This document shows positions 1-16,995 of a stretch of DNA of 64,000 nucleotides, piece by piece. The DNA is taken from the NCBI RefSeq assembly GCF_009914755.1, contig NC_060929.1. One strand, 5' to 3'. The notes beneath the pieces are model-generated. The model was not told the DNA's origin. It ran no database searches and saw nothing but the letters and a program-made list of their open reading frames with translations. Position 1 is the stretch's first letter, and each line of letters opens with the position of its first letter. The translations under genes were made by a program, and so were the position numbers. Source of the DNA: the human T2T-CHM13v2.0 reference genome, Homo sapiens.

Positions 1-437
1 GTGAGACAGTGGTTTTGCTTTTTTTAGAGCTTTGCTTTTTTTTTTTTAAGAGCTTTTTAGTGCTATTATTGCCAATTTAGTTTACAGAAAGTTTGTTTAG
101 TTTATCCTTCCACAGGTAGTGATCAATGAAAATTTTTATATATTCCACTTTTTTTCCCTAATGGTAATCCAAGGAGATATTTTTTACTAAGGATGATACT
201 TTGATACAAAATTATCAAAAGGTGTTTAAATGTAAATATACTTACATTTTAACATTAAAAATATTTTTAACAAATATTTTGAGCAACTACTATGTTTAGC
301 TTTGAGGATGCCAAAGAAATATAGGGTATACTTTTTTGTCTGCAGAAAGGTACACATACTACAGGATCATACAGTATGGAGGGGGAAAGGTTTTGTTCTA
401 AAAAGAATTTTTTTAAAATCATACTTTTTCCCGTTAA

Positions 438-578
<141 letters not shown>

Positions 579-903
579 TGAATAGTATTCCTTTTTTCAG
601 TTTACATTAATAGGAAGGATTAATAGCGTTTCTTCATAGCACAAGATTTAAGAATTGCCCAAAGTTTTAAGTTTAATTCTCAAGTCCCAAGACTGGTCTC
701 CATAAGTGCCCCAGGAACAGTCCCCTGTATCTAACAACTCAATTATGATTCTGTAGCTACTGGAATTTGGAATTGCCCCCATTTTTCTTTTTGAAAGTTT
801 TCAGAACTTATGGTAATAATAATTTTTGGGTAAATAAGAGTATTTTCCTAGTGAAACACATCAGAGAGCAGAACAAGATCTAATGGAAGAGAAACCCAGG
901 GTA

Positions 904-1206
<303 letters not shown>

Positions 1207-1611
1207 AGATTTATTTTTAAACCCCTTAAATTAACACTGGCATTATTTCCTATTTTAAGTTTCATCTTAATGTTCATTAGTCACTTTGAAGAACCTAACC
1301 ATTTTAACAATATTATATCAGAGTATCTTGAGTATAAAATAGCACACAATTCTGCCCTGATTATTTGTTGATGAAAGTGTGTGATCATTTGAACATATTA
1401 ACAAGGAAATAAGTTTGGTTTTATTAATACTAATATGATCTCATAAAATTTGCAACTAAGCTTCTGTCATGGTAGGTAAAAATATAGAATGTTGTAGGAT
1501 TTAATTATGTGTGATTTAAATGACAGAGTTAATGCACTACCTCAAAGGAATATTCCTAACAAATATCTTATTCAGTGGAAAGGGAATCAGGGCACTATAT
1601 GTTCTTTTTTA

Positions 1612-1930
<319 letters not shown>

Positions 1931-2096
1931 TTATATTACAATCATACTTTGTATCTTGAATACCTGTTAGTTTTATCATATTGTATATTTTACTCTTTGA
2001 ATAGTAATTTGATATTAATATAAGCCATAGGATGCTCTAACATTTAAAAAAGTTGTTCTGTCCCTTGCCTTCATTGATATGTTTGATCTGTTTTAG

Positions 2097-2207
<111 letters not shown>

Positions 2208-3847
2208 TAAGCAATTTTTGCCATATTTTAAAATAGGTATGTCGCTAAAGAGGAAAAAGAACATCTTGGATTTGTATTATTTATTGTTAAATTCTGACTT
2301 TTAAATTACTCTTAAAATTTTTTATTATATTAGTGTGTGGGTATATCTGGCCTGTTTGCTTTGGTGGAAACTTAGCAGCAGGTTACTGATTTATTTTTCA
2401 CTCCTGCCATCCTCTCTTTGTGTTCCACTTTGTGATATTTTTATTCATTTGATTTCTTTTGTTTGTTTTTTTAACCAACATTGCATTCCAAGGTTGGTCT
2501 GGAAAACACTTTCCAGCCCCTGCTGTTACTTAGACTCAATTGGTGACTTGGTTCTTTGTGTTTTAATTATCATGTAGGGAGAAAAGAGTCAGGAATTGGA
2601 CAGATCTGAGTAAGATTCACCTAATAAGGTGATTGGAAATATTTAATCCGATAGTAAGCAGTACATCTCAGCAAGTACCCAGCATTAGCTTCAACACATG
2701 TTTCTTCATTCTTAATTGGATAGTAGAGAATTAGATATTAATATCAAACATAGGACTTCATTATGTAGAATAAAAATTACAGACTGGCATGGAAATTTGC
2801 CAGAAGGAATATATTACGCTGTGTGAAGGTCTCCTAATCATTAGGATTATATTTTATGGCTTTCTTATAAAGACCATACTTGGTTAACTACTGTGTATTT
2901 CCTGGTACCTTAGAGCCCTCAATGAGATGCCTCATTCTTTCAGAAGTAAATTATCTAACTTTTAAGGGGGTAAATTATTGTCATTAGTTTAGGCCTCTTC
3001 AGTAGATAGTATATTAAAAATGTAATATTGCTTCTAACTTTCTGAGAGCAAATTATTATTTATTTATTTTATTCAACAAAGATTTTATTTAGCAAATAAA
3101 ATATTTTTTAATTTTAAAAATTTACTTACTTTAAAATTTACTTTTGGGAGTACAATTTTATGAGTTTTGACAATGACATAGTCTTGTAACCACCACTACA
3201 CTCAAGAAAAAATGTTGATCAGGTGAAAATGTACTTGTTTGATTTTATTCAAGCAAAAGAATATATGAGAAGGGGATTCGCCAGGAAGTAATAGTTGGGC
3301 CATGAAACCATGGGATTATTCATTGAAATAATAATGATGTGGAAAGCAGCTGGGCGATGAGTTTTGTCATGATATGGTCAGAGAAGTAGACAAAGGAAGT
3401 GATTAGATTTGTGGTTGGAGAAGACAGTGAGACATTTACAGCTATACAGAAATGGTATAATTAGAGATTTGGGTTACGGTAAAAAAGGACAGATTTAACA
3501 CATATTAACTTGGAAGTAACCCTTTGAAAAAGCCAGTACAAAAAGAAGAAAGTCTTAGCTTCTTGGATGTCTGTGGATTGGTGCTGTTTCTTTGTGTGTA
3601 GAGAGACTTATCTGGGGACACAGTAAGGAAGAATGCCTGGAGAGCATATGGCAACAACATGAGTGAATATTGTGCAGAGAGAAATAGTAGATAGTCAAGT
3701 CATGAAAGCATTGGTCAAGTATGGTTTTAATGGCCTCAAGTTTGAAAAGATTATATTCAGCTACTATTTAAAATGTAGTTTGATTTATAATGCTTTTGTT
3801 ATTGTGATTTTGTAGTCTCTTGAATTTCCACATTTGAGGGTAATCGT

Positions 3848-4115
3848 GGAATTAAAAAAATACAATATATGCTTGTTCTAGTCAGTCAAATGATATCTTA
3901 AAATTTAGGTAATAAAATACAACTTTGAGTTTTTGTGAGCAGTTTTTATAGGACAATTTAAATTTATGTTTCAAAGCATTGGGAATTAAAAAAATACAAT
4001 ATATGCTTGTTCTAGTCAGTCAAATTATATCTTAAAATGTAGGTAATAAAATAAAACTTTGAGTTTTTGTGAGCAGTTTTTATAGGACAATTCAAATTTG
4101 TGTTTCAAAGCATTG
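3848..4115. repeat. 134-bp tandem duplication (2 copies, 5 substitutions) in HMGCR intron 6
   Basis: 3848-3981 vs 3982-4115 aligned by eye without gaps. Confidence 0.95.
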
Positions 4116-4930
4116 TTATGTTTGAGCGACATCAGAAATATGTTTTATATTATACTCAAGTTTATTTGTAAAGTGAGGGAGAAGGATTTGGTGGTCATCT
4201 AAGGTCTCTTCTAGCCTCTATAATTCTGTTTTCTATTTGAGATCACCAAATGATACCTTAAACAGTTGTAGTACAATATGTTTGTTAATTTTTAGTCTTA
4301 AGTTGGCATTTTGTATTATATCATTTTCCAAACAGATCAATGAAATAACCAAAATTATAAGAACTTCAGTAGGCATCATAGAGGTTATATTGAAATTAGA
4401 GTTTGTTGGTACACAAAAAATATTATTTTGACCTTATATCAGGACTGGCATAACTGGCAGGATATTCTACTTATATAAAAAATCCTTGGTTAATTGGCAA
4501 ATTGCTTTTCTCCTAACAAGTGGGATTAGATCAATAGTGTCACTGGGGTTTTGCTCTGTTAGAGTAGCCTGTCCTCTCCTTATTTAATAATAAGGCACTA
4601 CTGCTTGACAAAAAGGAATTGGAAACACATATGTTTTATCAATTGTGTATTAAACACTACCATTCTGCCTGGCATTGTGATATGGGGACATGAGAGAAGG
4701 CAAGAGCTTTGCTCTTGAGGGACTTAGAGTTCTGTTGTTATTCCTGCTGTTTCCTAAGGCTTGGCATCACCTCTAAGTTGCTAATTCTATTTCCAGTAAG
4801 TGGCAAGGAGCTTAATGTACTAATATTTTCATGTTTTGTCCACCTGCAGGAAGACAAATATATCCTTGTGATATATGCAGCATAAAAAATAACGTAGACT
4901 TTACTAGTTGTATCTTTAATTTTTCTCTAA

Positions 4931-5104
<174 letters not shown>

Positions 5105-5150
5105 TAAACAGAATCAATACCTTCTAATGTCACACTGACTTAATTTGTAG

Positions 5151-5360
<210 letters not shown>

Positions 5361-5633
5361 TGATATTGCACCCCCTTCTTCCTTTTTTTCTTAATGTGTT
5401 CATTTCTTTGAGGCTCCTGGTCTTTATTAGCCCCTCTCTCCTAAACAGACTTTTTAAGTTCCCCCACCTTATCTCTCGTTGAAAGCCTGTTCTTTGGGGT
5501 GTTTTCAGTAGTTCAGTGGGGTCACTACTTTAGTTAGTTGCATAGCAAGCTTGGGGCTTTTTTTTTTTCATGGTAAGGGGAAGCTATGAGAGATAATGTC
5601 TGGCTGTCCAGTTGCTAGGGATAAGAAATTTAA

Positions 5634-5843
<210 letters not shown>

Positions 5844-5907
5844 TAAGTTAATTGAAATCTACTTTGTGATATATTAATCATAACACTCTATGCTAATGTA
5901 AGTTTAG

Positions 5908-6258
<351 letters not shown>

Positions 6259-6312
6259 TAGTCTGTTTTCAAAATTATGTGCCGTGTTGTGAGATTTCTT
6301 TTGATTTCTTGA

Positions 6313-6510
<198 letters not shown>

Positions 6511-6589
6511 TAAACTCCAATGTGGCATTTTTCATTACAAAGGAGCTTTTTCAAGGAAGAAAAATCTAGTATCTGCTGAACACTACAGC

Positions 6590-6810
6590 TAAGTTCTGGG
6601 CACGGTGTAACATGACTAACAGATACTATCTTCTTTCTTTATTTCACACAACCTTGAGAGGTAGGTACAATTATCTATTTTTCAGATGAGAACATTGAGG
6701 CTCCAATATGTTTAATTTCCCAAAGTAGTACCTCTAGGAAATGATAAAGCTGATAGCAGGGTCCAAGATTTTCTGACTCCAGAGTCAAAACTCTTTCTAG
6801 TTTATTACTG
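6590..6810 (-). mobile_element. MIR fragment
   Basis: attttcagatgagaacattgaggctc-type MIR core; boundaries approximate. Confidence 0.65.
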
Positions 6811-7071
6811 TTTATCATAGAGATGAGTGACTACTGTATTCTCATAGGTGTGTTGAGGCCTAGAAAGAGTTTAACACAGAGACAAGTTTCAAAGATAGAA
6901 GAAAGTTTGTTTTTGTTTTGTTTTGTAAGCTTGATACCCATGAGGAAGTTTGCTTTTCTTTCTGACATTTGAACAGGACCTTCTGCCTACATGACCATAT
7001 GAATCTACTCATGCTTTCATGCAAATAATCATGTTCCATCCATGTCTGCTTAATATGGTTCTTTCTTTTAA

Positions 7072-7497
<426 letters not shown>

Positions 7498-8356
7498 TAA
7501 ACTTAGTCATTGTTCTTTAAATACAGTTCCCAACTCTGGGTTCCTATTCTTGTCATCTGACATGTCTCCCCCTCTCCAGGTGTTCACACCTTTAGGGCAA
7601 ATGCTAGCATCTCTATGAAACCTACCTCAATTCCGCCAAACAGAAGTAACCTTTCTTTTCTGAAGCATCCATTATATAGAGACTGTGCATTTTTAATGGC
7701 AGTCGTACCTTGTTGCTTATATCACATTTACATGAATATCTCCATTATTAGACATCGGGCTCTTAGATGGCTAAGTCCATGTCTTGAGAGGGCCTTGGAT
7801 TTCATAGGTGCTCAGTAAACTTACTAAGAGAATGAATGAATTTGCATTGATAATACATAAACCAGCTAATGTTTATCTTACTATTCTTTTGAAAAATTAG
7901 GCTAATATTAGTGTTTGCAAAGAAGATCCTTGAATAAACCCACAAAATGGAATTACTGGTACCAGTTTTGTGGAGGGTGGTGATTGTGAGTGTGTGTGTG
8001 TGTATGTGTATGTATGTATATCACCACCACAAGCAGAGTCAAGAGACAGCTAATAAACCAAGAGAAAATATTGGCAATTTATATTTAAGGCTAAAGGGCT
8101 AATCTCTAATATATAAAGAGCTCCTACAAATTGATGAGACTAAATTTTTATCTAATTTTTAAAAAGAGCAGATAATCAGTCTATTGTCAGGAAAAAAGTA
8201 CATATGGCTCTTAAAAATGTGAAAAGGTGATTAACTTCATCCTAAGAGAAATGCAAATTAAAATTGTACTTGAGATATTTTCACTCATCAGATTGGCAAT
8301 AATCCCAAAGTTTAATAACATACTCTATTGAGGTTGTAGGGAAAGGTCTTTTCTTG

Positions 8357-8677
<321 letters not shown>

Positions 8678-9395
8678 TGGAAAGGTCTTTTCTTACATTG
8701 GTGGTGAGAAGGCAATTGGACCGTGTTTATTCAAATTAATAAATTTGTAAAAATTATAAAAATTTATAAGATTGTAAATGTTCATACCCTTTGGCCCAAC
8801 ACTTGTGTGAATATATACCCATATGTGTGCGTGTATATATATATATATGCATATTTATAATCATGCCTAAAAACATCTCTGGATGGATACACAGTGAAAC
8901 AGTGGTACCTATTTATGTGTAGGTAGCAAAGAACTGGGCAGATGGTAGACAGGGATGGGATGAAGACTTTTTGTTATATCTCTTTTAATATTTAGTTTTT
9001 AAACCATGTGAATATATTGCCTGTTCAGGATATCAAAAATAGCAAGTTTACTAGAGTTTAAACAATAGCTGTTATATCTGACACACACTTGAAACCTTGC
9101 TAAATTCACATTTATTCTTCTTTTTATGGTGTATTAGTGCAAGCCTGTCTTTGTATTGTAAAATCTAATGATACGGTATTTATATTATTTTTGTTTGGCA
9201 TTTTTTGCATTAAATGAATTATTTTGCAGAGGTATCTTTTAATTAAAAACTACAGTGATTTAATTTAAAAATTACATTATTTTAGCTTAGCATTGTTTGT
9301 ATTAAATGGTTTATAACATGAAATACAGTCCTTCAAGTCTTCTGTTTCATCTCTCTCTCTGACCACAATTTCATTTTTTTTCTCCATTTCTTTAG

Positions 9396-9608
<213 letters not shown>

Positions 9609-9948
9609 TAAGAGAGATTTGCTTTGTATGTTTTTAATCTTTTTTCTTGATTAGTTTCATATATGTACATAGTTTTATAAAACATTTTCCTTTTAAATCA
9701 TTTTATCCTAATTTTTTATTCTGCTTATGATGTAGGTCATAGAAATTAAAAATATATTTCCTGCTTTTATAGTCATTACTCAAAGATTTTAGTATTTTAA
9801 ACACTTTTTAAAGGTGAATTAAACATTTTGTTTAAAAAGAATACATACTAAAGGATTAAGTTTGAAGATAGTTATACTGACAAGCTGAGATAAAATTTTG
9901 TGCATTTACTATATAGATTTTCATTTGGTGCCTGACTTTACCTTTTAG

Positions 9949-10149
<201 letters not shown>

Positions 10150-10257
10150 TAAGTAAGGCAATGAGAAGAGTTTTAAGGACAATTAGTGATACCTTTTGGG
10201 TCAAGCATGAGCATTTTTGGGTAACATGTGCTTGCTTCTCTAACATATACTGTGTAG

Positions 10258-10461
<204 letters not shown>

Positions 10462-10879
10462 TAGAACCAGTGTCATTTTCTGTGATTACCAAACATAATT
10501 GTTAACATATTACCTGCTAAAGAGCACATAACAGAATATCAACTTTAAAGCCATTCATTTAAAATGAGTAATATTTATGCTTGGTTGGGGGGAAAAAAAG
10601 AATGTTGATTCAAATGAATAGCTCCACAGAGGTAAATTAGTAAGAAAAAAAAAAAAGTGTGAGCTAGTAATTTTGATTAGATGTTACTTTGCCTAGGAGA
10701 GAACTGTCTTAGAAAAAAAGATTTTTCAAATAGGAGAGAAATATTAGTATAATAAGACTTACTTCAAATAAAGAAAATTAATAAAGTAGCATAATCAACA
10801 CAAATGATAACCATAGTATAGTTCAAGCTAACACATTTGTTTTTATGTGAACTGTGTAAGTTTATTAAGAAATAATTGT

Positions 10880-11395
<516 letters not shown>

Positions 11396-11594
11396 TAAAA
11401 AACAAATCAGGCATTTGTTGATTGGTATTCCTTACATTTGATAGATTTAATTTAGACTTGGCATTACACATATCCTGAGTTTACTTAGGACTGGGAACAA
11501 TCTTAGTATTGACATTTCAAAACTTTATCCAGTCAAGAGACCACCTTTGAAGCTGACCTCTTCAAGATTTGTCTTTAAGAACACCAATATAATT

Positions 11595-11931
11595 TCAGTA
11601 CTTTGGGAGGCCAAGGCAAGAAGATTGCTTGGGGTCTGGAGTTTAAGACCAGCCTGGGCAACACAGTGAGATGCTATCTCTACAAACAATAAAAAAAAAT
11701 AGTTGTGCATAGTGGCACACACCTGTGGTCCTCGCTACACGGTAGGCTGGGGCAGGAAGTTAGCTTGAGCCTAGGAGCTTGAGGCCAGCTTCGGCAATGT
11801 AGCAAGACCCTGACTCCATTCATCCATCCGTCTGTCCGTCCGTCCGTCTGTCTGTTTTCAATTTAGGATATTTTCTGCTTATGTGGGGTTTACAGCCTAA
11901 TAAACCTATCAAAAGTCAAGGAGCATCTGTA
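11595..11931 (+). mobile_element. Degenerate AluJ/monomer followed by a Tigger5/MER47-like end
   Basis: Alu motifs 11595-11815, (TCCG/TCTG)n, then ...aagtcaaggagcatctgta terminal repeat. Confidence 0.65.
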
Positions 11932-11949
11932 TAAGCTTTAAAATTGCCA

Positions 11950-13005
11950 ATAAACAGTATGGCAGTTCAACAACTTAAACATGAAATTACCATATGATCC
12001 AGCAGTTGCACTTCCGGGCATATACCCAAAAGAACTGAAAGCAGTTCTCAGAGAGATATTTGTACAGCTATGTTTGTAGCAGCATTTTTCATAATAGCCA
12101 TGAATTGGAATCAACCTTAGTGTTCGTTGTTGGATGAATGGACAACAAATTAGATGTATTTGTATGTGTGTGTATGTATATGTCTATATAAAATGGAATA
12201 TTATTCAGCATTAAAAAGGAAGGAAATTATAGCACATGATACAGCATGGATAAACATTGATGACATTATGCTAAATGAAATAAACCAGTCACAAAAAGAC
12301 AAATACTGTATCATTCCACTTGAATGAGGTGTCTAGAATAGTCAAATTCATAGAGACAGAAAGTAGAATGGTGGTTATCATGGGTTTGGGGAAGGGGAAA
12401 ATGGGTGGTTGTTATTTAGTAAGTACAGAGTTTTTGTTTTGTGAGATGAAAAGAGTTCTGGGAGCAAAGACATGGAACCAACCCAAATGCCCATCAATGA
12501 TAGACCGGATAAAGAAAATGTGGCACATATACAGCATGCAATACTGTGCAGCCATAAAAAAGGAATGAGATCATGTCCTTTGTAGGGACATGGATGAGCC
12601 TGGAAATATCATTCTCAGCAAACTAACACAGGAACAGAAAACCAAACACCACACCTTTTCACTTGTAAGTGGGAATTGAACAATGAGAACACATGGACAC
12701 AGGGAGGGGAACAACACACACCGAGGCATGTCGGGGGGTTGGGGGCAAGGGGAAGAGCATTAGGGCAAATACCTAATGCATGTGGAGCTTAAAACCTAGA
12801 TGACAGGTTGATAGGTGCAGCAGACCACCATGGCACATGTATACCTATGTAACAAACCTGCATGTTCTGTACATATATCCCAGAACTTAAAAAAGAGTTC
12901 TGGGGATTTGTTGCATGGCAGTGTGAATATACTTACCACTGTACACCTAAAAATGGGTAGGATGGTAAATTTTATGTGTTTCACCACAATAAAATTATGT
13001 TTTTA
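11950..13005 (+). mobile_element. Old L1M 3' end interrupted by a 5'-truncated L1PA 3' fragment (12463-12890)
   Basis: L1 3'UTR motifs; 14-bp TSD aaaagagttctggg at 12449-12462 and 12891-12904. Confidence 0.9.
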
Positions 13006-13546
13006 ATTGCCAATAAATATGTTTTGGATTATTGAGGTATGAGTTGTTAATTGAATTAATGCCATTTAATTGGAAGTCATTGGGAAGCTTATTTGTATTT
13101 TATGTAATATAAAGCTCAACGACATAAGAGTCGAATCACAAGATCAACTCTTATGACCCACTTCTCTTTACAGACTTCATTACTTGGGGTTTTAGGTAAC
13201 AGCTGAATAACTAGAAGATGGAATTTATTACTCATTCCCCAGTGACATATAAATATGAGTATTTTTATTGAATATTTTTAACATTATCATCTTTTATCTA
13301 CATCTTTTTCAACAATGACTACAAAGAACTTGGTTTTCATACCGAGAAAGAAACACATTAGGAATTTATACCTGACCAAGAAAGTAATTGTGATGGTTAA
13401 CAAAACAGCTGTTACTTTTGTGCTCAGTTTCTTTGAAGTATAGTTATTATACTTAGAAATATATCATAGATACAAATTCTTCTCATAAGGATGAAGGATG
13501 AATATTTCATGCAGTTTAATATGTGTGTGTTTTGGGTTCTTGTTAA

Positions 13547-13765
<219 letters not shown>

Positions 13766-14062
13766 TAATTGTATTTAAAAATGGGGGAAAGGAGTATTAA
13801 CATTTTAAATAAAGTTAAATATATGGGACAGTGTTTTCCATCAAAGATGACTGTTGTACCTTGCCCATCTGTCTGTGTGTATCATCCATAGGAACAAACT
13901 TTACTGATTTTTTTTAATTTTTTTTATTTTTTAATGGAGGACAGGGCTTAAATGGGGCCACATCTAAACTTTGTTTTCTGGAGGTTCAGAAAGATAGATT
14001 TGGGTAACATTCCCCTGAACCTTCTGGAGGAACATCTAAATGTACACAGCTCTGTTTTGTAG

Positions 14063-14248
<186 letters not shown>

Positions 14249-14251
14249 TGA

Positions 14252-14452
<201 letters not shown>

Positions 14453-14823
14453 TGATGTATCAGGCATAGAGTCCACAAGCCTAGTTCTGACTCTCTGGGT
14501 TTCTCTTTCTATCTGAGACTATGTATCACTCACCTCTATTTTAATTGGTCTTTTCCAAACTCTTTTGTCATATCAGCCTAATCCATTGTGTCCAAATAAG
14601 CATGTTTAAGCTTATGCTTAGATAAGAAAGTAGATGAAGAGAGCAAATGAATGTTCATCTACTGAGTTAAGGGTACTGCCAGTCAGGCTGTGAATATTAT
14701 GTTAGCTATGGTATTATGCACTGTCAGGTGTGGCTGTCAAGTCTTGGAAAGTTAGTGCTTCCAGTGGAGTCTAGTTCTATTCTGATGCCATTACAGTTGC
14801 CCTGTTTTTAGTTGATTTAGTAA

Positions 14824-15033
<210 letters not shown>

Positions 15034-15180
15034 TAAGACTCAAAGATATATTTAACATGTTCCCCCTATACTTCAAAAAATATGCAGTGTAAAAACTTAC
15101 TATTCATCTACTGTAGTTCCAAGTTAAAATTCTACACTCCTGATATTTATATATTGCTACTTTGTCATTTTCTACCATAG

Positions 15181-15235
15181 GTCGAAGATCAATTTACAAG
15201 ACCTCCAAGGAGCTTGCACCAAGAAGACAGCCTGA
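15181..15235 (+). CDS. HMGCR: HMGCR exon 20 coding part; AMPK site S872 (TCG 15182-15184); stop TGA 15233-15235
   Basis: ccatag|GTCGAAG...; SKINLQDLQGACTKKTA*. Confidence 0.98.
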
Positions 15236-16995
15236 ATAGCCCGACAGTTCTGAACTGGAACATGGGCATTGGGTTCTAAAGGACTAACATAAAATCTGTG
15301 AATTAAAAAAGCTCAATGCATTGTCTTGTGGAGGATGAATAGATGTGATCACTGAGACAGCCACTTGGTTTTTGGCTCTTTCAGAGAGGTCTCAGGTTCT
15401 TTCCATGCAGACTCCTCAGATCTGAACACAGTTTAGTGCTTTACATGCTGTGCTCTTTGAAGAGATTTCAACAAGAATATTGTATGTTAAAGCATCAGAG
15501 ATGGTAATCTACAGCTCACCTCTGAAGGCAAATATAAGCTGGGAAAAAAGTTTTGATGAAATTCTTGAAGTTCATGGTGATCAGTGCAATTGACCTTCTC
15601 CCTCACTCCTGCCAGTTGAAAATGGATTTTTAAATTATACTGTAGCTGATGAAACTCCTGATTTTGTAGTTAATTTATTAAGTCTGGGATGTAGAACTTC
15701 AAGAAGTAAGAGCTAAGTTCTAAGTTCATGTTTGTAAATTAATACTTCATTTGGTGCTGGTCTATTTTGATTTTGGGGGGTAATCAGCATTATTCTTCAG
15801 AAGGGGACCTGTTTTCTTCAAGGGAAGAAACACTCTTATTCCCAAACTACAGAATAATGTGTTAAACATGCTAAATAGTTCTATCAGGAAAACAAATCAC
15901 TGTATTTATCTCCGCAGGCTATTTGTTCAGAGAGGCCTTTTGTTTAAATATAAATGTTTAAATATAAATGTTTGTCTGGATTGGCTATAACATGTCTTTC
16001 AGCATTAGGCTTTTAAGAAACACAGGGTTTTGTATTCTTTACTAAAGATATCAGAGCTCTTAATGTTGCTTAGATGAGGGTGACTGTCAAGTACAAGCAA
16101 GACTGGGACCTTAGAAATCATTGTAGAAACACAGTTTTGAAAGAAAAATACCATGTCTCTAAGCCAACTTTAATTGCTTAAAAGACATTTTTATTTAGTT
16201 GAAAAATCTAGTTTTTTTTGTAAACTGTATCAAATCTGTATATGTTGTAATAAAACTTATGCTAGTTTATTGGAAGTGTTCAAGAAATAAAAATCAACTT
16301 GTGTACTGATAAAATACTCTAGCCTGGGCCAGAGAAGATAATGTTCTTTAATGTTGTCCAGGAAACCCTGGCTTGCTTGCCGAGCCTAATGAAAGGGAAA
16401 GTCAGCTTTCAGAGCCAGTGAAGGAGCCACGTGAATGGCCCTAGAACTGTGCCTAGTTCCTGTGGCCAGGAGGTTGGTGACTGAAACATTCACACAGGGC
16501 TCTTTGATGGACCCACGAACGCTCTTAGCTTTCTCAGGGGGTCAGCAGAGTTATTGAATCTTAATTTTTTTTAATGTACAAGTTTTGTATAAATAATAAA
16601 GAACTCCTTATTTTGTATTACATCTAATGCTTCAAGTGTTGCTCTTGGAAAGCTGATGATGTCTCTTGTAGAAGATGGACTCTGAAAAACATTCCAGGAA
16701 ACCATGGCAGCATGGAGAGCCTCTTAGTGATTGTGTCTGCATTGTTATTGTGGAAGATTTACCTTTTCTGTTGTACGTAAAGCTTAAATTGCTTTTGTTG
16801 TGACTTTTTAGCCAGTGACTTTTTCTGAGCTTTTCATGGAAGTGGCAGTGAAAAATATGTTGAGTGTTCATTTTAGTGACTGTAATTAATATCTTGCTGG
16901 ATTAATGTTTTGTACAATTACTAAATTGTATACATTTTGTTATAGAATACTTTTTTCTAGTTTCAGTAAATAATGAAAAGGAAGTTAATACCAAT
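15236..16995 (+). other. HMGCR: HMGCR 3'UTR (3' end approximate)
   Basis: AU-rich, repeat-free sequence after the stop, ending after AGTAAA and before a U-rich downstream tract. Confidence 0.8.
16249..16970 (+). terminator. Tandem HMGCR poly(A) signals: AATAAA 16249-16254, 16286-16291, 16595-16600 and distal AGTAAA 16965-16970
   Basis: Hexamers read directly; the distal site has TGTA (CFIm) elements at 16911 and 16927 and a T-rich tract at ~17013. Confidence 0.7.

Noticed and set aside
12320-13006. ORFs with AKTWNQPKCPSMIDRIKKMWHIY
   Set aside because: Remnant of the L1 ORF2 C-terminus and 3'UTR; truncated and non-functional
15941-15973. Short tandem tgtttaaatataaa x2 in the HMGCR 3'UTR
   Set aside because: Low-complexity slippage duplicate; no specific function supportable
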